Source of the DNA: a virus
DNA length: 64,000 bases
Direction: 5' to 3' (one strand)
IMG/VR virus record: IMGVR_UViG_2740892559_000001
Span: 6,625 to 70,624 of that record
The notes under the pieces were generated by a model. The model worked only from the letters and a program-made list of their open reading frames with translations. It was not told the origin of the DNA and did no database searches. This document shows, piece by piece, positions 8,989 through 20,600 of the stretch (position 1 is the first letter of the stretch; every line of letters begins with the position of its first letter). The position numbers and the translations under genes were made by a program.

Positions 8989-11247
8989 CTACAAAGTAAC
9001 CAGTTTAACAGAAGTTGTTGGTGGCTGTCTGAATGCGTGCCGGATCTCAAGCACTTGACAAAGATTTCCGTTGAGGTGCAGGCGTTCTTGTATTTTCAGA
9101 TAGACGACATCACCGACGTTCATGTAGAACGTAGGCTTCAGTGTTAGATTAAGAATCTGTTTTATTTCCTTGAAGCGAGCGAGATACGCATTTGCGAGCC
9201 ATTCAGCCCAGACGCGCTGATGAGCATCCAAAGGTATATCTACTTCCAAAAGCCGTGCGCCGTTTTCAGTGATACTTGTTGCGTCTTCAACAAGGACCGC
9301 CTCGCCGTCGCCATATCGGAGCCGTACCCTGTTATAGAACTGACGGAGATCGTTGGTGGCGACGATAGATTTGATAGGCATCTCAAGTACATCTGCGTTG
9401 AGTGCCAAAATGTGATCGACGAAAGTGATGTCGAAGTTGCCGGTGTGTGCAGCAGCGGTGGTGTCCTCGGCACCGCGGACAAGGTTTGCGAATTGACCGT
9501 TTTCATCTGCGCCTGTGTGTTTTATCAGTTCACCGTCGATAAAGAGCCATCCTTCGTTGGGGAATTCACCCCAATTCAGTTTAGCCGCGGTAACCGATCG
9601 TTGCGTTGCGGAGATACCTGATCCGCCTCCGTTGAGAGCTTTCTGGGGTTCACGGGGCCGCATAAAAAAGGTATCGTTTTTGAAGCCTATGATAGCATTC
9701 GTAAGAATCGCTATATCTTTCAACACATCAAACCCTGTGCGTCCGTTTGTCAAAACCTCGCTCAGCCGTTGATTAATCTGGTTGTGATGCTGAATCCAGT
9801 TCCAATTGCCGATACGGTTGACGGGGAATTCACCGCGGGGTTGTCCAATATCGTCGAAGTTCCCGAAGCCGGTAATCAGATGCAAAACCTCATCTGCTAT
9901 TATTATCGGTGAGGCAGTGCCGCCATGGATGCCATAAAAATAATCTGTCTCCTCGGTGTCCGGGTTATCATCTGTAGACGCGCTGCGCCAGTTGCGTCCG
10001 ACCGTTTGAATTGTGCTTGCTGGATGCTCAATCTTGTACAGATGGCCTATTTTTTCGCGATAGTCAGGATCCGAGAACTCGGTCTCATCCTCGTATACAT
10101 AATGTGAGCCTTCCATGAAATACAGCATGTTTCCATTGACCGTTAGCGATCGTGCTGCAAGCGTCATATCCGAATACGCTTTCAAAACCTCAAATTGACA
10201 GTTTGCGGTGTTTACTCGCACCAGTACGGCACCTGCTTGTCCGTTTGAGAGGAAGTTTTCCGGGTTTGTTGGCGTAACCAGTTCACCGTCATCGTTGACC
10301 GTTTGTGTGAACTTTCGCACTTGAACAACAAGGTACACATAATCACTAATAGCAATAGATTCCAGTACGCATGTAAAGGCTCCCCCGGCATTATCACCGA
10401 GGTGTGGAATTACATCGTTAAGCACATCGTTTGCGATAATATCTTTCTCCAGGACACAAACTTCATCTGCACCCGTGACTTGTGCAACTGCAGTTGGTGC
10501 TGCGATCTCGAAAGTTTTAGAGGTATCCTCTAAAGGGCCGAGGACAGCAGGATTAGAATTTGCGACTTGTGCAGATTCAGCAGAAACCGTAATCGTTACT
10601 TTTGTGCTGGTGTTGCTTGGCGGTATCGTGAGCTCGGCTGTGTATTTACTCGCATCCCCTGACACTTGTTGAAAGTTGCCGATTGTCCCCACATCTGTTT
10701 GGGCATCCGCCTGCACAAAGTTTTCCATCGGTACCGGTGTGTCATCTGTATAGGTCCAGTCGAAAGTGAGAGGGATAGGTCGTTGCGTAATCGGTCTTTG
10801 TGTTGGCACGCCAATTTTGACGATCGGAGCGACAATTCCCAATTCTATAGTCGCAGATGTATCCTCCGAGGGACCGGTGACATTCGGATCAGCTATCAGT
10901 GTTGCGGCATTCGCAAGCACAGTAATTGTCCAATTCCCCGTCCGTTTTATAAATCTCACATCACAGGTATATCGGCTGTTGCTCACTTTTGTAAATCTGA
11001 AAATCTCACCGCCGGGGTCGCCTATTAGAGAACCGATACCGAAGCCGCTCACCGGTGCAGGCTGCCCGTTGTTATTTTCAAAGTCAAATACAATCGTTGC
11101 GACACGACCGGTATAACGCGATGCCATCGGTGGACGGATAACGACTGAGAGCGAAAGCGTCGCTGTCACCGGTGGTTGATTGCCGCTCACCATAGTGAGG
11201 GACTGGGTGTTCGGGGTCCCGCGTATAGCCATCTTTCCATGTAGCAT
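8989..11247 (-). CDS. Tail hub/tip protein, C-terminal part, preceded by Ig-like and propeller domains (start may be 11232)
   Basis: C-terminus NDLRQFYNRVRLRYG...MNVGDVVYL is typical of tail hub proteins; N-terminal Ig-like repeats resemble the 1..482 ORF. Confidence 0.65.
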   Translation of the reverse strand: MLHGKMAIRGTPNTQSLTMVSGNQPPVTATLSLSVVIRPPMASRYTGRVATIVFDFENNNGQPAPVSGFGIGSLIGDPGGEIFRFTKVSNSRYTCDVRFIKRTGNWTITVLANAATLIADPNVTGPSEDTSATIELGIVAPIVKIGVPTQRPITQRPIPLTFDWTYTDDTPVPMENFVQADAQTDVGTIGNFQQVSGDASKYTAELTIPPSNTSTKVTITVSAESAQVANSNPAVLGPLEDTSKTFEIAAPTAVAQVTGADEVCVLEKDIIANDVLNDVIPHLGDNAGGAFTCVLESIAISDYVYLVVQVRKFTQTVNDDGELVTPTNPENFLSNGQAGAVLVRVNTANCQFEVLKAYSDMTLAARSLTVNGNMLYFMEGSHYVYEDETEFSDPDYREKIGHLYKIEHPASTIQTVGRNWRSASTDDNPDTEETDYFYGIHGGTASPIIIADEVLHLITGFGNFDDIGQPRGEFPVNRIGNWNWIQHHNQINQRLSEVLTNGRTGFDVLKDIAILTNAIIGFKNDTFFMRPREPQKALNGGGSGISATQRSVTAAKLNWGEFPNEGWLFIDGELIKHTGADENGQFANLVRGAEDTTAAAHTGNFDITFVDHILALNADVLEMPIKSIVATNDLRQFYNRVRLRYGDGEAVLVEDATSITENGARLLEVDIPLDAHQRVWAEWLANAYLARFKEIKQILNLTLKPTFYMNVGDVVYLKIQERLHLNGNLCQVLEIRHAFRQPPTTSVKLVTL

Positions 11248-11613
11248 AGGCTGTCAGCCTGTACTTTCTTCCTTTAACCTCGCCTTGGTGGGTTTCCTGC
11301 CATAAACAGGGATCTTCGCGTCATTGCTATCAATTCTTCCCGCGAGTAGATAAACACGATTTTCTTGGCGTTGGGATTACGAAAGTATTTGTCCAGTAGC
11401 TTTTTCATTTTCTATCTCCTGTAGGGCTGATAATCAAAGATGCACAACCTAACAGGTTATGCTACAACATGTATACTTTTTCGCAATTTCTATACATGTC
11501 GCGACCGATATGTATAATTTGTATAGATAGGCTTCGTCATTTGGCGAAGGGTTTTTTGTAGCGCAAACTGTTAGTTTGCGTCGCATAAGCCACAAACTGA
11601 AAGTTTGTGCTAC
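11241..11613. repeat. Cluster of four GTAG-type REP hairpins
   Basis: GTAGCATAGGCTGTCAGCCTGT (11241,+), GTAGCATAACCTGTTAGGTTGTG (11465,-), GTAGCGCAAACTGTTAGTTTGCG (11558,+), GTAGCACAAACTTTCAGTTTGTG (11613,-). Stems co-vary; the last copy supplies the TAG stop of 11610..13082. Confidence 0.8.
11274..11408 (-). CDS. 44-aa microprotein MKKLLDKYFRNPNAKKIVFIYSREELIAMTRRSLFMAGNPPRRG
   Basis: Manual translation; AGGAG RBS 7 nt upstream; flanked by REPs. Confidence 0.45.
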   Translation of the reverse strand: MKKLLDKYFRNPNAKKIVFIYSREELIAMTRRSLFMAGNPPRRG

Positions 11614-13082
11614 AGTGCTTTTTTGAATACGAGCGTTTGCGATCTGCCGCCGCTGAGGAACGTCATCCCGCCGAGGAGTGTACTACCACTTATATCGAAG
11701 CCGATGCCCCCGTGGTTTTCGTAGTTGTCCATATTCATCGTAATCAGGGCAGTTGGCGTAACACCAGCTGCCGTCGCTTTCGCAACCCCAAACTGCGAAT
11801 TGCCGGCATTGACGCAGGCATAATAGAGCCCATCGTTTTCCCTATAGATCAGCTGCCGTCGTGAATCAGGTTTCATAAACACACTCGCAACCCCATGATA
11901 ATAATGTGCGAGTTGGGGCTTCAGGCTCACAGTATGCGCGACAAAAACGGTTTCTGTCTTGCTGGTGATGTCCAACTGGATAATCTGATTCTCGCTGCTC
12001 GCCTCATTTGCGTCGTAATTCCCGCCCGTAGTTGTTAGCAGATAGAGGTTATTCCCGGATTTCGTGAATTTCCACACCTCTGTCGCCGAACTGAAACCGT
12101 GCAGTTTGGTATAGGTGCGCGTCCTGGTATCGTAGGTTATCACCTGCGAGAACCCGTTCGGATTGTTCCTGTGCTTATTGTAGAGAAAATACCACTTGCC
12201 AGCGTCGTGTAGGAAATCGGTCACATAACCGTTCCATGTCACAGGGTTCCCGCTCCCGATGTTCCCGATCAGATCGTAATTGATTCGCCCATTTGACGAA
12301 AAGTGTGGGTCAGCGTCTCGCGCTGGTATCGCTATATCGGAATTCGTGATGCCGGCATGGTTGAGAATATCGGTAATCACATCCAAGAGATGCCGGTATC
12401 GGTATGGCGATTTCATTCGGATTTGCGGGTATCCGGACTGCGGATTCGTTATAAATCCGCCTTCGGTACGTACACCTTTATCACCTATGATAAAGTTTTG
12501 CGAGTCCAAGGTCCCTTCCGTTGCGAGTTTCTGAACGGGTTCGATCTCCTCACCGGTACGTGTTGCCAACTTAACAGATCCGTGTGATGCCGGCATGATG
12601 GCATCCATCACCGGATAGACCCCGTTTTCAGCGGCTTGTTCAAGATCTTCCGTTAACATAAAGTGCCGCGGTAAACCGAAGTCAGCAACCGCTTTTTTCC
12701 GTATATCGCCGAAATTGTCAGTACATGTTACTCTCAGTGACTTCACGTCCTGAACGAGTCGGATGATGGTCCCTTTAAAGACAGTTTCCGTGTGGCGGGT
12801 GCCGTCCACAATAAACCCTGCCTCGATTTCGATAGGTGAGTTGCGACCGGTACGTCGACCGCCGTTTCGCGTGAAGAAGTTCGACGGGTTGTTGGGTGAA
12901 AAATCGCCGTGGATGTCGCGAAGCGTGAAACTCGCTTCCCCCACGCGAAATTCTGTGAGGTTCGGATAGTCCACTCCTTGTCCGATGTCGTCCATTGATG
13001 CGATGTCATCCGTCACGTCTTGGTCGTGGATTTTGACCGTGAGGGCGACTGGATGTCCGCTATAACTAAATTCCTTTGGCAT
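11610..13082 (-). CDS. Tail hub protein, N-terminal part, plus beta-propeller
   Basis: VKIHDQDVT..FTLRDIHGDFSPNNP..IEIEAGF..VFKGTI..TCTD pattern typical of hub N-termini; follows the Dit-like gene. Confidence 0.65.
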   Translation of the reverse strand: MPKEFSYSGHPVALTVKIHDQDVTDDIASMDDIGQGVDYPNLTEFRVGEASFTLRDIHGDFSPNNPSNFFTRNGGRRTGRNSPIEIEAGFIVDGTRHTETVFKGTIIRLVQDVKSLRVTCTDNFGDIRKKAVADFGLPRHFMLTEDLEQAAENGVYPVMDAIMPASHGSVKLATRTGEEIEPVQKLATEGTLDSQNFIIGDKGVRTEGGFITNPQSGYPQIRMKSPYRYRHLLDVITDILNHAGITNSDIAIPARDADPHFSSNGRINYDLIGNIGSGNPVTWNGYVTDFLHDAGKWYFLYNKHRNNPNGFSQVITYDTRTRTYTKLHGFSSATEVWKFTKSGNNLYLLTTTGGNYDANEASSENQIIQLDITSKTETVFVAHTVSLKPQLAHYYHGVASVFMKPDSRRQLIYRENDGLYYACVNAGNSQFGVAKATAAGVTPTALITMNMDNYENHGGIGFDISGSTLLGGMTFLSGGRSQTLVFKKAL

Positions 13083-13196
13083 CGTTACGTCTCATTTCTG
13101 TATGAACTGCACATTAGTATCATTTTGGGCAGTTCAGGACCGTTCTTCTTGTGGATTTTCACGCGAATTGCGACTGTGCCCATGATTTTTTGTTGC

Positions 13197-13985
13197 TTAG
13201 GCTTCCCTAACGCTAAATGATACCCGCCGTCCGCCGCCTTTCCATCTTGATAGGTATCGGATCTGTGTTTCAGGGTTGGGCCAGAGCGCAGGAAAAACGC
13301 GATCCGGGTATCGATTGTATTCTGCGGCAAAGACAAATCTTTTGTATCTCCGAATAAACGAGATAAGTTGATCTGTGAGTGTCTCTCGTGTCCCCTTTCT
13401 CGGTGACTGGAGCGTCAGGTTCACCAACCACTTGTCCCTTTCGCCCCCGATAGGTGGTACGTAAGAGAGCCGTTTGCGTAGATCGGGTTCCACAGTGCCG
13501 AGATCAAGAGAATCGTACTCGATACGGCTAAACCCGCCATCGGAATTCAGTGTGAGCAGCCGATCGAGAACCATCACCTCATAAATGCGTGGTGATGATC
13601 CAGTAAAGGTCAAAGTGATAGATTTCGCTTTGGGCTTCGTGGTGCTTTCGTCTATCCAGAGGTTGTGCAGATCGTGTTGGTATCCGTCAACGGTCGTAGA
13701 AACTTCGTCTCTCGAATCGTTTGTCACGGTTGCTGGTAGCGTGCGCGCAGCGGGACTGGTGATATTTTCTGGATTGGTGAATGCTGCAGAATAGCTGCTG
13801 ACACCGGATCCCTTCACAAAAATATCAGTAAAGGCGCGTGCATCACCAGAGCCATCGCCAGCTGTGTCGATATGCAGGAGCATCGAGGTCTCTGACGTGA
13901 AGGTGTTATAGTCGTTATCTGCTACGGCTTTATATTGGCTGCGTCCGCCGCCGTAATTCAGAGCGGGTAAAAAAAATTGCGCCAT
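13197..13985 (-). CDS. Distal tail (Dit)-like protein
   Basis: Position immediately before the hub gene; C-terminal beta-rich ...RRVSFSVREA ending. Confidence 0.45.
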   Translation of the reverse strand: MAQFFLPALNYGGGRSQYKAVADNDYNTFTSETSMLLHIDTAGDGSGDARAFTDIFVKGSGVSSYSAAFTNPENITSPAARTLPATVTNDSRDEVSTTVDGYQHDLHNLWIDESTTKPKAKSITLTFTGSSPRIYEVMVLDRLLTLNSDGGFSRIEYDSLDLGTVEPDLRKRLSYVPPIGGERDKWLVNLTLQSPRKGTRETLTDQLISFIRRYKRFVFAAEYNRYPDRVFPALWPNPETQIRYLSRWKGGGRRVSFSVREA

Positions 13986-14105
13986 GGGTGCACTCCAGGA
14001 AATGGTTATAAGTTAAAGAGGGTTGGGTTACAGAAAACCCTTCGGTGACGTGGACACCTCTTAACTCTCACTGCGAGGCAAACTTATAACTAAGAACCAA
14101 CAACC

Positions 14106-14187
14106 ATTATAATGTGGAGTGCGTGGCGGCTATAAGGGGAATTCAGTGGGAAAGCAATACATAAGTAATACAATAGCAATACATTTA
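14106..14187 (-). promoter_or_regulatory. Regulon promoter A (triple 11-bp repeat plus TATAAT) for the Dit-hub-fibre operon
   Basis: Minus strand TGTATTGCTAT TGTATTACTTA TGTATTGCTTT CCC; TATAAT at 14111-14106, 43 bp from the proximal repeat. Confidence 0.75.
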
Positions 14188-14529
14188 AGAAAAAGGGAAG
14201 GTTATCCGTGCGATTTTCTCTCACTGCGAGGCATGAAAAATCTTTCGGTTATCAGTTATAAGAGGTCTCTTAACCGATAACTCAAAGCGCAGCATACTGA
14301 AAACGACAACTCTTATAATGTAGAGGGGTTGGGCGGTTAGAATGGGAATTCGGTGGGGAATATATAGAATCAATATAGACTTGAAAAAAAGTGGATGGAA
14401 GATCGGAAGGATGGAAGGGTGGAATTTGAAGTGCGTACGCTTATTTGGACCACAATTTTCTTAGCTTAACATGAGTTTGATAAATAAGAAAAATCTTCTC
14501 GTCGTATGCACTTCACAGTGCTTGATAAC

Positions 14530-15288
14530 CTATCGGACAGAGCGTTTCAGGTCTGCCCACTGCGTTGCCAATTTCCCTTGCGGTTCAACCGGCAGGAACA
14601 CTTCAACGCTGTCCATGATCAGAGTAATCTCGTCTGCGTCTAATGCACGCGTAAAGACGGCATAATCGTCCATTGACCCGGCAAAGGTCTCGCCACCGGA
14701 ACCACCGATGCGATAAATGTCGTTCGCTCCATCGGTTTCCTGAAAGTCGGTTTCAGCAACCATCTCACCGTCGGCATAAATCTTGAACTTATCACCATCG
14801 CCTGTGACGGCTATGTGCATCCACTTACCCTCTTTGACGATGCCCGGTTCGGTCTGACACAGGACTGTCCATCCGCCAACGCGGCCGCGCCAAGAGATGA
14901 GTCCCTCGTCTTTGTTAATGAACAAAGTGTTGTGTCCGATGCCCGACGGTAAACTCCGCCAGATGTGTTCCCATGTGGTGCCTTCAAAGTTCGGGTTAAC
15001 CCAAGCAGAAATTGTGAACGGATCTTCTTTGAAAAGGTCACCATGAAGTGAGTCGGAGGTTTCCAGTTCAACATAGGCGGTTGGGTCGAGTTCAAGGGCA
15101 TCTCCGAATTTGCCGTTTACCCACCGAGATGTGCCTGTAATGTCGCCGTGGTTATCGTTTCCTGATGCGTCTTCCGTATCACCATCAAATGGGTAGTACG
15201 CCACCATATCCGGGTCTTCACCCGTAATCCCTAAAGTGGCGTTTATCAGTAGGAAGGTGACTGCCAAAAATAACGTCCAACGTTTCAT
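14530..15288 (-). CDS. Secreted LamG/concanavalin-like domain protein
   Basis: Signal peptide, VAYYPFDG, FTISAWV, WMHIAVT, GSMDDYAVF motifs; PVEPQGKLATQWADLK tail. Confidence 0.9.
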   Translation of the reverse strand: MKRWTLFLAVTFLLINATLGITGEDPDMVAYYPFDGDTEDASGNDNHGDITGTSRWVNGKFGDALELDPTAYVELETSDSLHGDLFKEDPFTISAWVNPNFEGTTWEHIWRSLPSGIGHNTLFINKDEGLISWRGRVGGWTVLCQTEPGIVKEGKWMHIAVTGDGDKFKIYADGEMVAETDFQETDGANDIYRIGGSGGETFAGSMDDYAVFTRALDADEITLIMDSVEVFLPVEPQGKLATQWADLKRSVR

Positions 15289-15555
15289 GGGTATCGCTCC
15301 TTTGTTAAAAGCGGTGTAATGTCTTTAAACATGATACTTGGCTTAGGATAATTAGGGACGGTTCGGATAAACTTGGACAGATCATTCATATTTTTCTCCA
15401 AATCATTTTTCGGGAACCTTCAACTCTCCTGACACGTCCTTCACGAGAGAGTTTATCAAGGACACCACGGATTAAGGTGTAATCTTGGGAGTCGATATAA
15501 CTTATATTTCTCACTAATTGTCCTTTTAGTTTAATATTAACATCACAGATAAAAC

Positions 15556-17634
15556 TTACTTCCGAATCAACATCTTCCGTGTTGCCGTGAAATCCCCTGC
15601 CGTCAACGTATAGAAATAAATTCCGCTTGTGACGGGTTCACCGAGATAGTTTTTCCCGTCATAGTAGGCAGCGCGGTTTGGCGTTTTATACACACCCGCG
15701 GGCTGATGTCCGAGCGGCAAGGTTCGCACGATTGTTCCTGTTGTTGTCCGTATCGTCAACACAACTTCAGCTGGCACAGCTAACTGGTAAGGTATCCACG
15801 TTTCTGGATTAAACGGATTCGGGTAGTTTGCAAACAGTGCTGTTTTCATTTCTGTTTTCTCTGACTTCAAAAACATCAAGAGATTTTCAAGGCTTGTGAT
15901 ACCTTTCTGGAATTCGATGGACCCGTCGTATTCTGTCCATGCCATGTCTATCCATTGCTGGACTAATTCGGGCGAGATCGGTGCGTCCGGGGTGTTCTCT
16001 ACGGGCGCGTTGATGTACTGTGCGACAAGGACAAGGTCATTGATATTGACGACCCCATCTTCGTTTACATCCACACTGACACGGCTGCCATCGTCCTTCG
16101 AGGCGAGCGGTGTACCAAAATAGAATGCAACCTCCAGCATATCAAGGATACTCACTTTCCCGTCTCCATTGACATCTTCACGGCGCGGGGGTGTCTGATT
16201 TTGGTATCCTGGCAGCCGTTCCTCATATTGTGTATCGGGGGGAAGTCCAAAGAAACCTGACCACCACCCCTCCTTTTCATAAACAGCAACTAACAGGACA
16301 TTATCTCCTGCCAAGAGCGTGATACTGAAACTGTCTTGATAATCATTTGCGTCTCTGTCGATAGCGTTGGTATGAACCAGTGCCCCGTTGAGCCAGACCT
16401 TTACAGCGTCAGAACTGCCGACAAACAGGGTCGTCTCTTGTTCTCGGGGTGCGTTCAAGAGGATGGATCCATAAGCGACGTGGTGATCCACATTATCTAA
16501 GCCTAAACCGATCTCGTTGACGAGTTCGTTGATGTTATTGCCCCCGCTGCGTGAGAGGTACCCCTCTGTCCATCTCTTATTCCCGACAGGATCATACCGT
16601 CTTGCCCCCTGCGTTGCAATCATCGCTTCCGTTGTGGTGCCGTCAGTGGCACGACTGAGATAATCTCTGCCGGAAGCCGCCGCTGCCGCCCCGGACACGT
16701 CACCCGTTGGAACGATCACCCATAACCAAGGGCCCGTGATTTTCGGTGCGGGCCGGACCTCTCCAGGGTTACTGAACGTTATGATATTAACATCTTTCGG
16801 CAACGCATTCAGCGGTGAGAAGTCTTGTATGTTATTATTATTGAGTTCTATCCACGTCAAGTTATGAAGGGTCGCAAGCGGCGAGACATCCGAAATTTGG
16901 TTATGTCGAAGACTCAAACGTGCCAACCCTGTGAGACTTGATAGGGGCGTGATGTCTGTAATTTCGTTGCCGACGAGATAGACCTCTCGCAACTGCGTCA
17001 TCTCTGCCAAAGGTGAAATATCGGTGAGTTCGCCGCCACAGATATCGAGGATACCGAGTTTCGGTAAAGCGGTCAGTGCTGAAAGGTTTTCGATCGGGGT
17101 GCCCCACGTATGAAGCCGTCTTAAACTTATCAACCCGACCAGCGGCGTGAGATCAGCGATCGGGTTCTCAGTGAAATGTATCGATTCGAGTCTGATGAGC
17201 CCCGCAAGCGGTGAAAAGTCCGTGATCGCGTTATGCGAAACATTCAGGTTTGTCAAGTTGATGAGCCCTTTGAGGGGTGAAAGGTCGGATATGTTATTAC
17301 TGTCAAGATCGAGCACTTGCAGTTTGATTAAATCTTTAAGCGGTGACAGGTCAGATATAGCGTTATCGCGAAGTTCGAGTCTATCCAAGTTCGTTGCAGC
17401 TGCCAATCCAGTCAAGTTGGTAATGTTCGCCTCCTCCGCGTCAAGCCGTATCAACGTTGCCATATCCGCCGCAGTAATAGGGTCACCGGGTGCTTTTTCA
17501 AGCACGTTTACGAGTGCAGTCTGCAGGTTTGGGTCCGGAATGTTTACGATTTGGGCGAGTATCCCCTGGGGTAAGCTAAAAAGTCCGATATAAAACAAGA
17601 ACAGGTACAGCCATAATTTCATGCGTTGCATCAA
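15556..17634 (-). CDS. Secreted internalin-like LRR protein with dockerin and C-terminal FlgD-Ig/sorting domain
   Basis: N.ISDLSPL..L..L LRRs; DVNGDGKVSILD dockerin; ANYPNPFNPETWIPYQL C-terminal domain. Confidence 0.9.
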   Translation of the reverse strand: MMQRMKLWLYLFLFYIGLFSLPQGILAQIVNIPDPNLQTALVNVLEKAPGDPITAADMATLIRLDAEEANITNLTGLAAATNLDRLELRDNAISDLSPLKDLIKLQVLDLDSNNISDLSPLKGLINLTNLNVSHNAITDFSPLAGLIRLESIHFTENPIADLTPLVGLISLRRLHTWGTPIENLSALTALPKLGILDICGGELTDISPLAEMTQLREVYLVGNEITDITPLSSLTGLARLSLRHNQISDVSPLATLHNLTWIELNNNNIQDFSPLNALPKDVNIITFSNPGEVRPAPKITGPWLWVIVPTGDVSGAAAAASGRDYLSRATDGTTTEAMIATQGARRYDPVGNKRWTEGYLSRSGGNNINELVNEIGLGLDNVDHHVAYGSILLNAPREQETTLFVGSSDAVKVWLNGALVHTNAIDRDANDYQDSFSITLLAGDNVLLVAVYEKEGWWSGFFGLPPDTQYEERLPGYQNQTPPRREDVNGDGKVSILDMLEVAFYFGTPLASKDDGSRVSVDVNEDGVVNINDLVLVAQYINAPVENTPDAPISPELVQQWIDMAWTEYDGSIEFQKGITSLENLLMFLKSEKTEMKTALFANYPNPFNPETWIPYQLAVPAEVVLTIRTTTGTIVRTLPLGHQPAGVYKTPNRAAYYDGKNYLGEPVTSGIYFYTLTAGDFTATRKMLIRK

Positions 17635-17681
17635 AAATTCTCCTTCTTGAGTTCGGCGCGCGTGTCCCGCGCGCCATCAGC

Positions 17682-20600
17682 TTATTTCATCAACAACATT
17701 TTACGGGTCGTCGTGAAGTGATCTGCGGTGAGTGTGATAAAATAGATGCCACTTGCGACAGGTTCACCAACATCATTTTTGCCATCCCAATACACAGCAC
17801 GACTCCGGGTCTGATAAATGCCTGCGGGCTGATGTCCTAACGCCAGTGTCCGCACCACTGTGCCATTTGTACCGTAGATTGTTAAAGTAACCGTCGCCGG
17901 TTTCGCAAGATGATACGGTATCCACGTCTCGGGGTTGAATGGATTTGGATAGTTTGGCAGTAAAGCCGTCTTTTCCGGCACAAAAGTAGCATAGAGTGCC
18001 TCAATATTTGCAATACCGCGCCGGAAGGTGAGCGATCCATCATCTGCAGCGCGCAAGAGCTCGAGGACTTCTTCAACGTTTTCTGGGGTCAGACCAAGCG
18101 ATTGCGGGTCCCCGAACGGTGCAGCCCCCGCGGTACCTTCACCGAGGTGTGCAGCGACAATCGCAAGGTCCTTGCCATCAACAACACCGTCGCCATTGAC
18201 ATCCGCGCGGGGGTTCTCTGGCGGTGATTGCCCCAATGCCGCGACCACCAATATAACATCCGAGACATCTGTGATGCCATCTTCATTGACATCCCAGGTT
18301 GGAATCGTGGTTTCATCGCCTTCTACAACGATGCGGAGCTCCGGCGGGATAGAAGGCACAGGGTTTCCGCGACCCGAACCTGCTTCAAAATTCTCCAAAG
18401 TCAACAGGCTTTCTCCAGCCCCGACAACCGTAAATGTTACTGAGCATAATAAGCCGTTGCCATCTACACTGTCTCCAGAGAGTCTTAGTGCCTTCAAACC
18501 TGTGATTTTACCATCGCTATTCTCAATTGTGCCTGCCTCGAAGTAGGTTTCTTCGTCCGATGCTTGTAGGAAATCGCCTTCATTCACCTCAACTGCGTTT
18601 AGCACGGCGGGGTTAAACACGAGATCTGCTTGCCAGCCGCCTAAATTTTCCATATTTTCGGCGCGGAGTTCGAGCGTAAACGTATCTTCAACCTCAAATG
18701 CTGTCGCGTCCGTGGAGAACACGAACCGGGGACTCGGCAGAAACACCTCATATTCGGCATCACGTGCAAATGCGAAATGTCCACTGAAACCGCCATGTCC
18801 GTGGTTGTCAATCGCAACTAACAGTACATTCTGCCCCTGTTTGAGCGTTACAGGGAAGAAGCTGCCATCTTGGTCAAAGGTTGCGTGGAGTACGGTGTGA
18901 ACTAACTCGCCATTCAGAAAAACTTTCACAGCGTCATCGTTGCCAATGAACATCGTCGTCTGTTGTTCGCGCGGTGCATCCAAAATGACAGCACCGTAAA
19001 CGATATGGTCGTAGATTTCGCGACCTGTTCCCCAGCCGAGAGCGTCTGTCATTCGGTTAATATTATTGCCCCCCGTGTCGAGTCTATGCCATGTCCAGAC
19101 ACTTTTTCCAACAGCCTTGCCTGCTGTCGCGCCGTTGGTCGCAACTTTTATCTCCGTCGCTGCGCCATTTGTCGCCCGCGACAAAAAATCTGTTTGCGTA
19201 TCAAGACGTGTACCCGGAACAATTGCCCATAACCACGGTCCCGTTATGTGCGCCCCCCTATTGGTGGGAAACCCCGGATTCCCTGTCATGCGGATAGCTA
19301 CCCCTTGCAAATCGTCTAACGGTGAAAAGTCGAAGATCGCATTGTTACGCACGTCTAATCGATGCAAGTTGGTCAACTCGGAGAGCGGCGATACATCTGA
19401 AATGACATTATTTTCAAGATAGAGTAAGTTCAAGTTGGTCAACTCGGAGAGCGGCGATACATCTAAAATGAGATTCGCATCAAGATTCAGATGCGTCAGA
19501 TCCGTGAGGTTTTCCAACGGCGAGAGATCCGTTATCGCGTTATTTACCAATTCTAACCATCGTAGCTGCGTCAATTCCGCTAATGCAGAGATATCTGAAA
19601 TACCGCAGCCGTGAATTTCTAACCGTCTTAACGCTTTCAAACCTGTCAGAGATGGCAGCGCTGTTGTGGACTTGTCATTGCCATATTCTATCCATCTCAA
19701 TACACGCAAGGTCGCCAACGGTGAGAAGTCTGATATAGGTGTCTGCCATGCATCTATTCTTTCCAAACTGGTTAACTTTGCCAGGGGCGACACGTCTATG
19801 ACAGGGTTGCCAGAAATCCCGATCCCTTGTAACCTTGTTAAACCTGACAGTGGGGCTAAATCGATAATACGGTTCTGTTCAAGTCCTAACCAATCCACTC
19901 GGATTAACTTTGCCAACGGCGTGACATCTGTGATCTCATTGTCGCGGAGCTTGATGTTATTCAACTGCGTCAAACCCGCAAGCGGCGATAGATCCGTTAT
20001 CATATTGTGCCGAAACTCTATCCGTTCCAGCTGCGTCGCGAACTCAAGGCCTGTCAAATCACGAATCCCTCTCCGATCGGCGTTAATATTCCGTAAGTTT
20101 AACATCTCTGCGGCTGTGATCTCTTCATCCGCTGCTTTCCCTAAACGTTCGGCAATAACCGCACGCAGATTCACATCAGGGATATAAAAATCGCCCACTG
20201 GACGCATCGGGCCCTCTCTATCAGGCGCAACATACTCCGGATTGAAAAGTGCAGCGCGCACGTCGTGAAAATTGGATGTCCACGCATCCCGTTTGACAGT
20301 GCCGTTCTCCTCGACAAGCGGTGTCAACCCTAAGTCTTTCAAACTCTGTTTCTCGCGTATCTCCGTGAGAAATACTGGGGTTTCCAACCCGACGGCTGCC
20401 GCAGCGGATGCGACATCCAGCGGTGCCTGAAATGCCTCATGAAACCGTTGGACGGGTTCATTTTTATGTCTCTCAAAGAATTGGTTGCGTTCCTCTGCAT
20501 TCGCAAAGGGCTCCCCAATTTTCGCAAGGGCACTTTCAAACCGCGCCGTATCCGTTTGCAGCAGCGTATCCAGAACGGATTGTGCCGGATAGAGGCGTAA

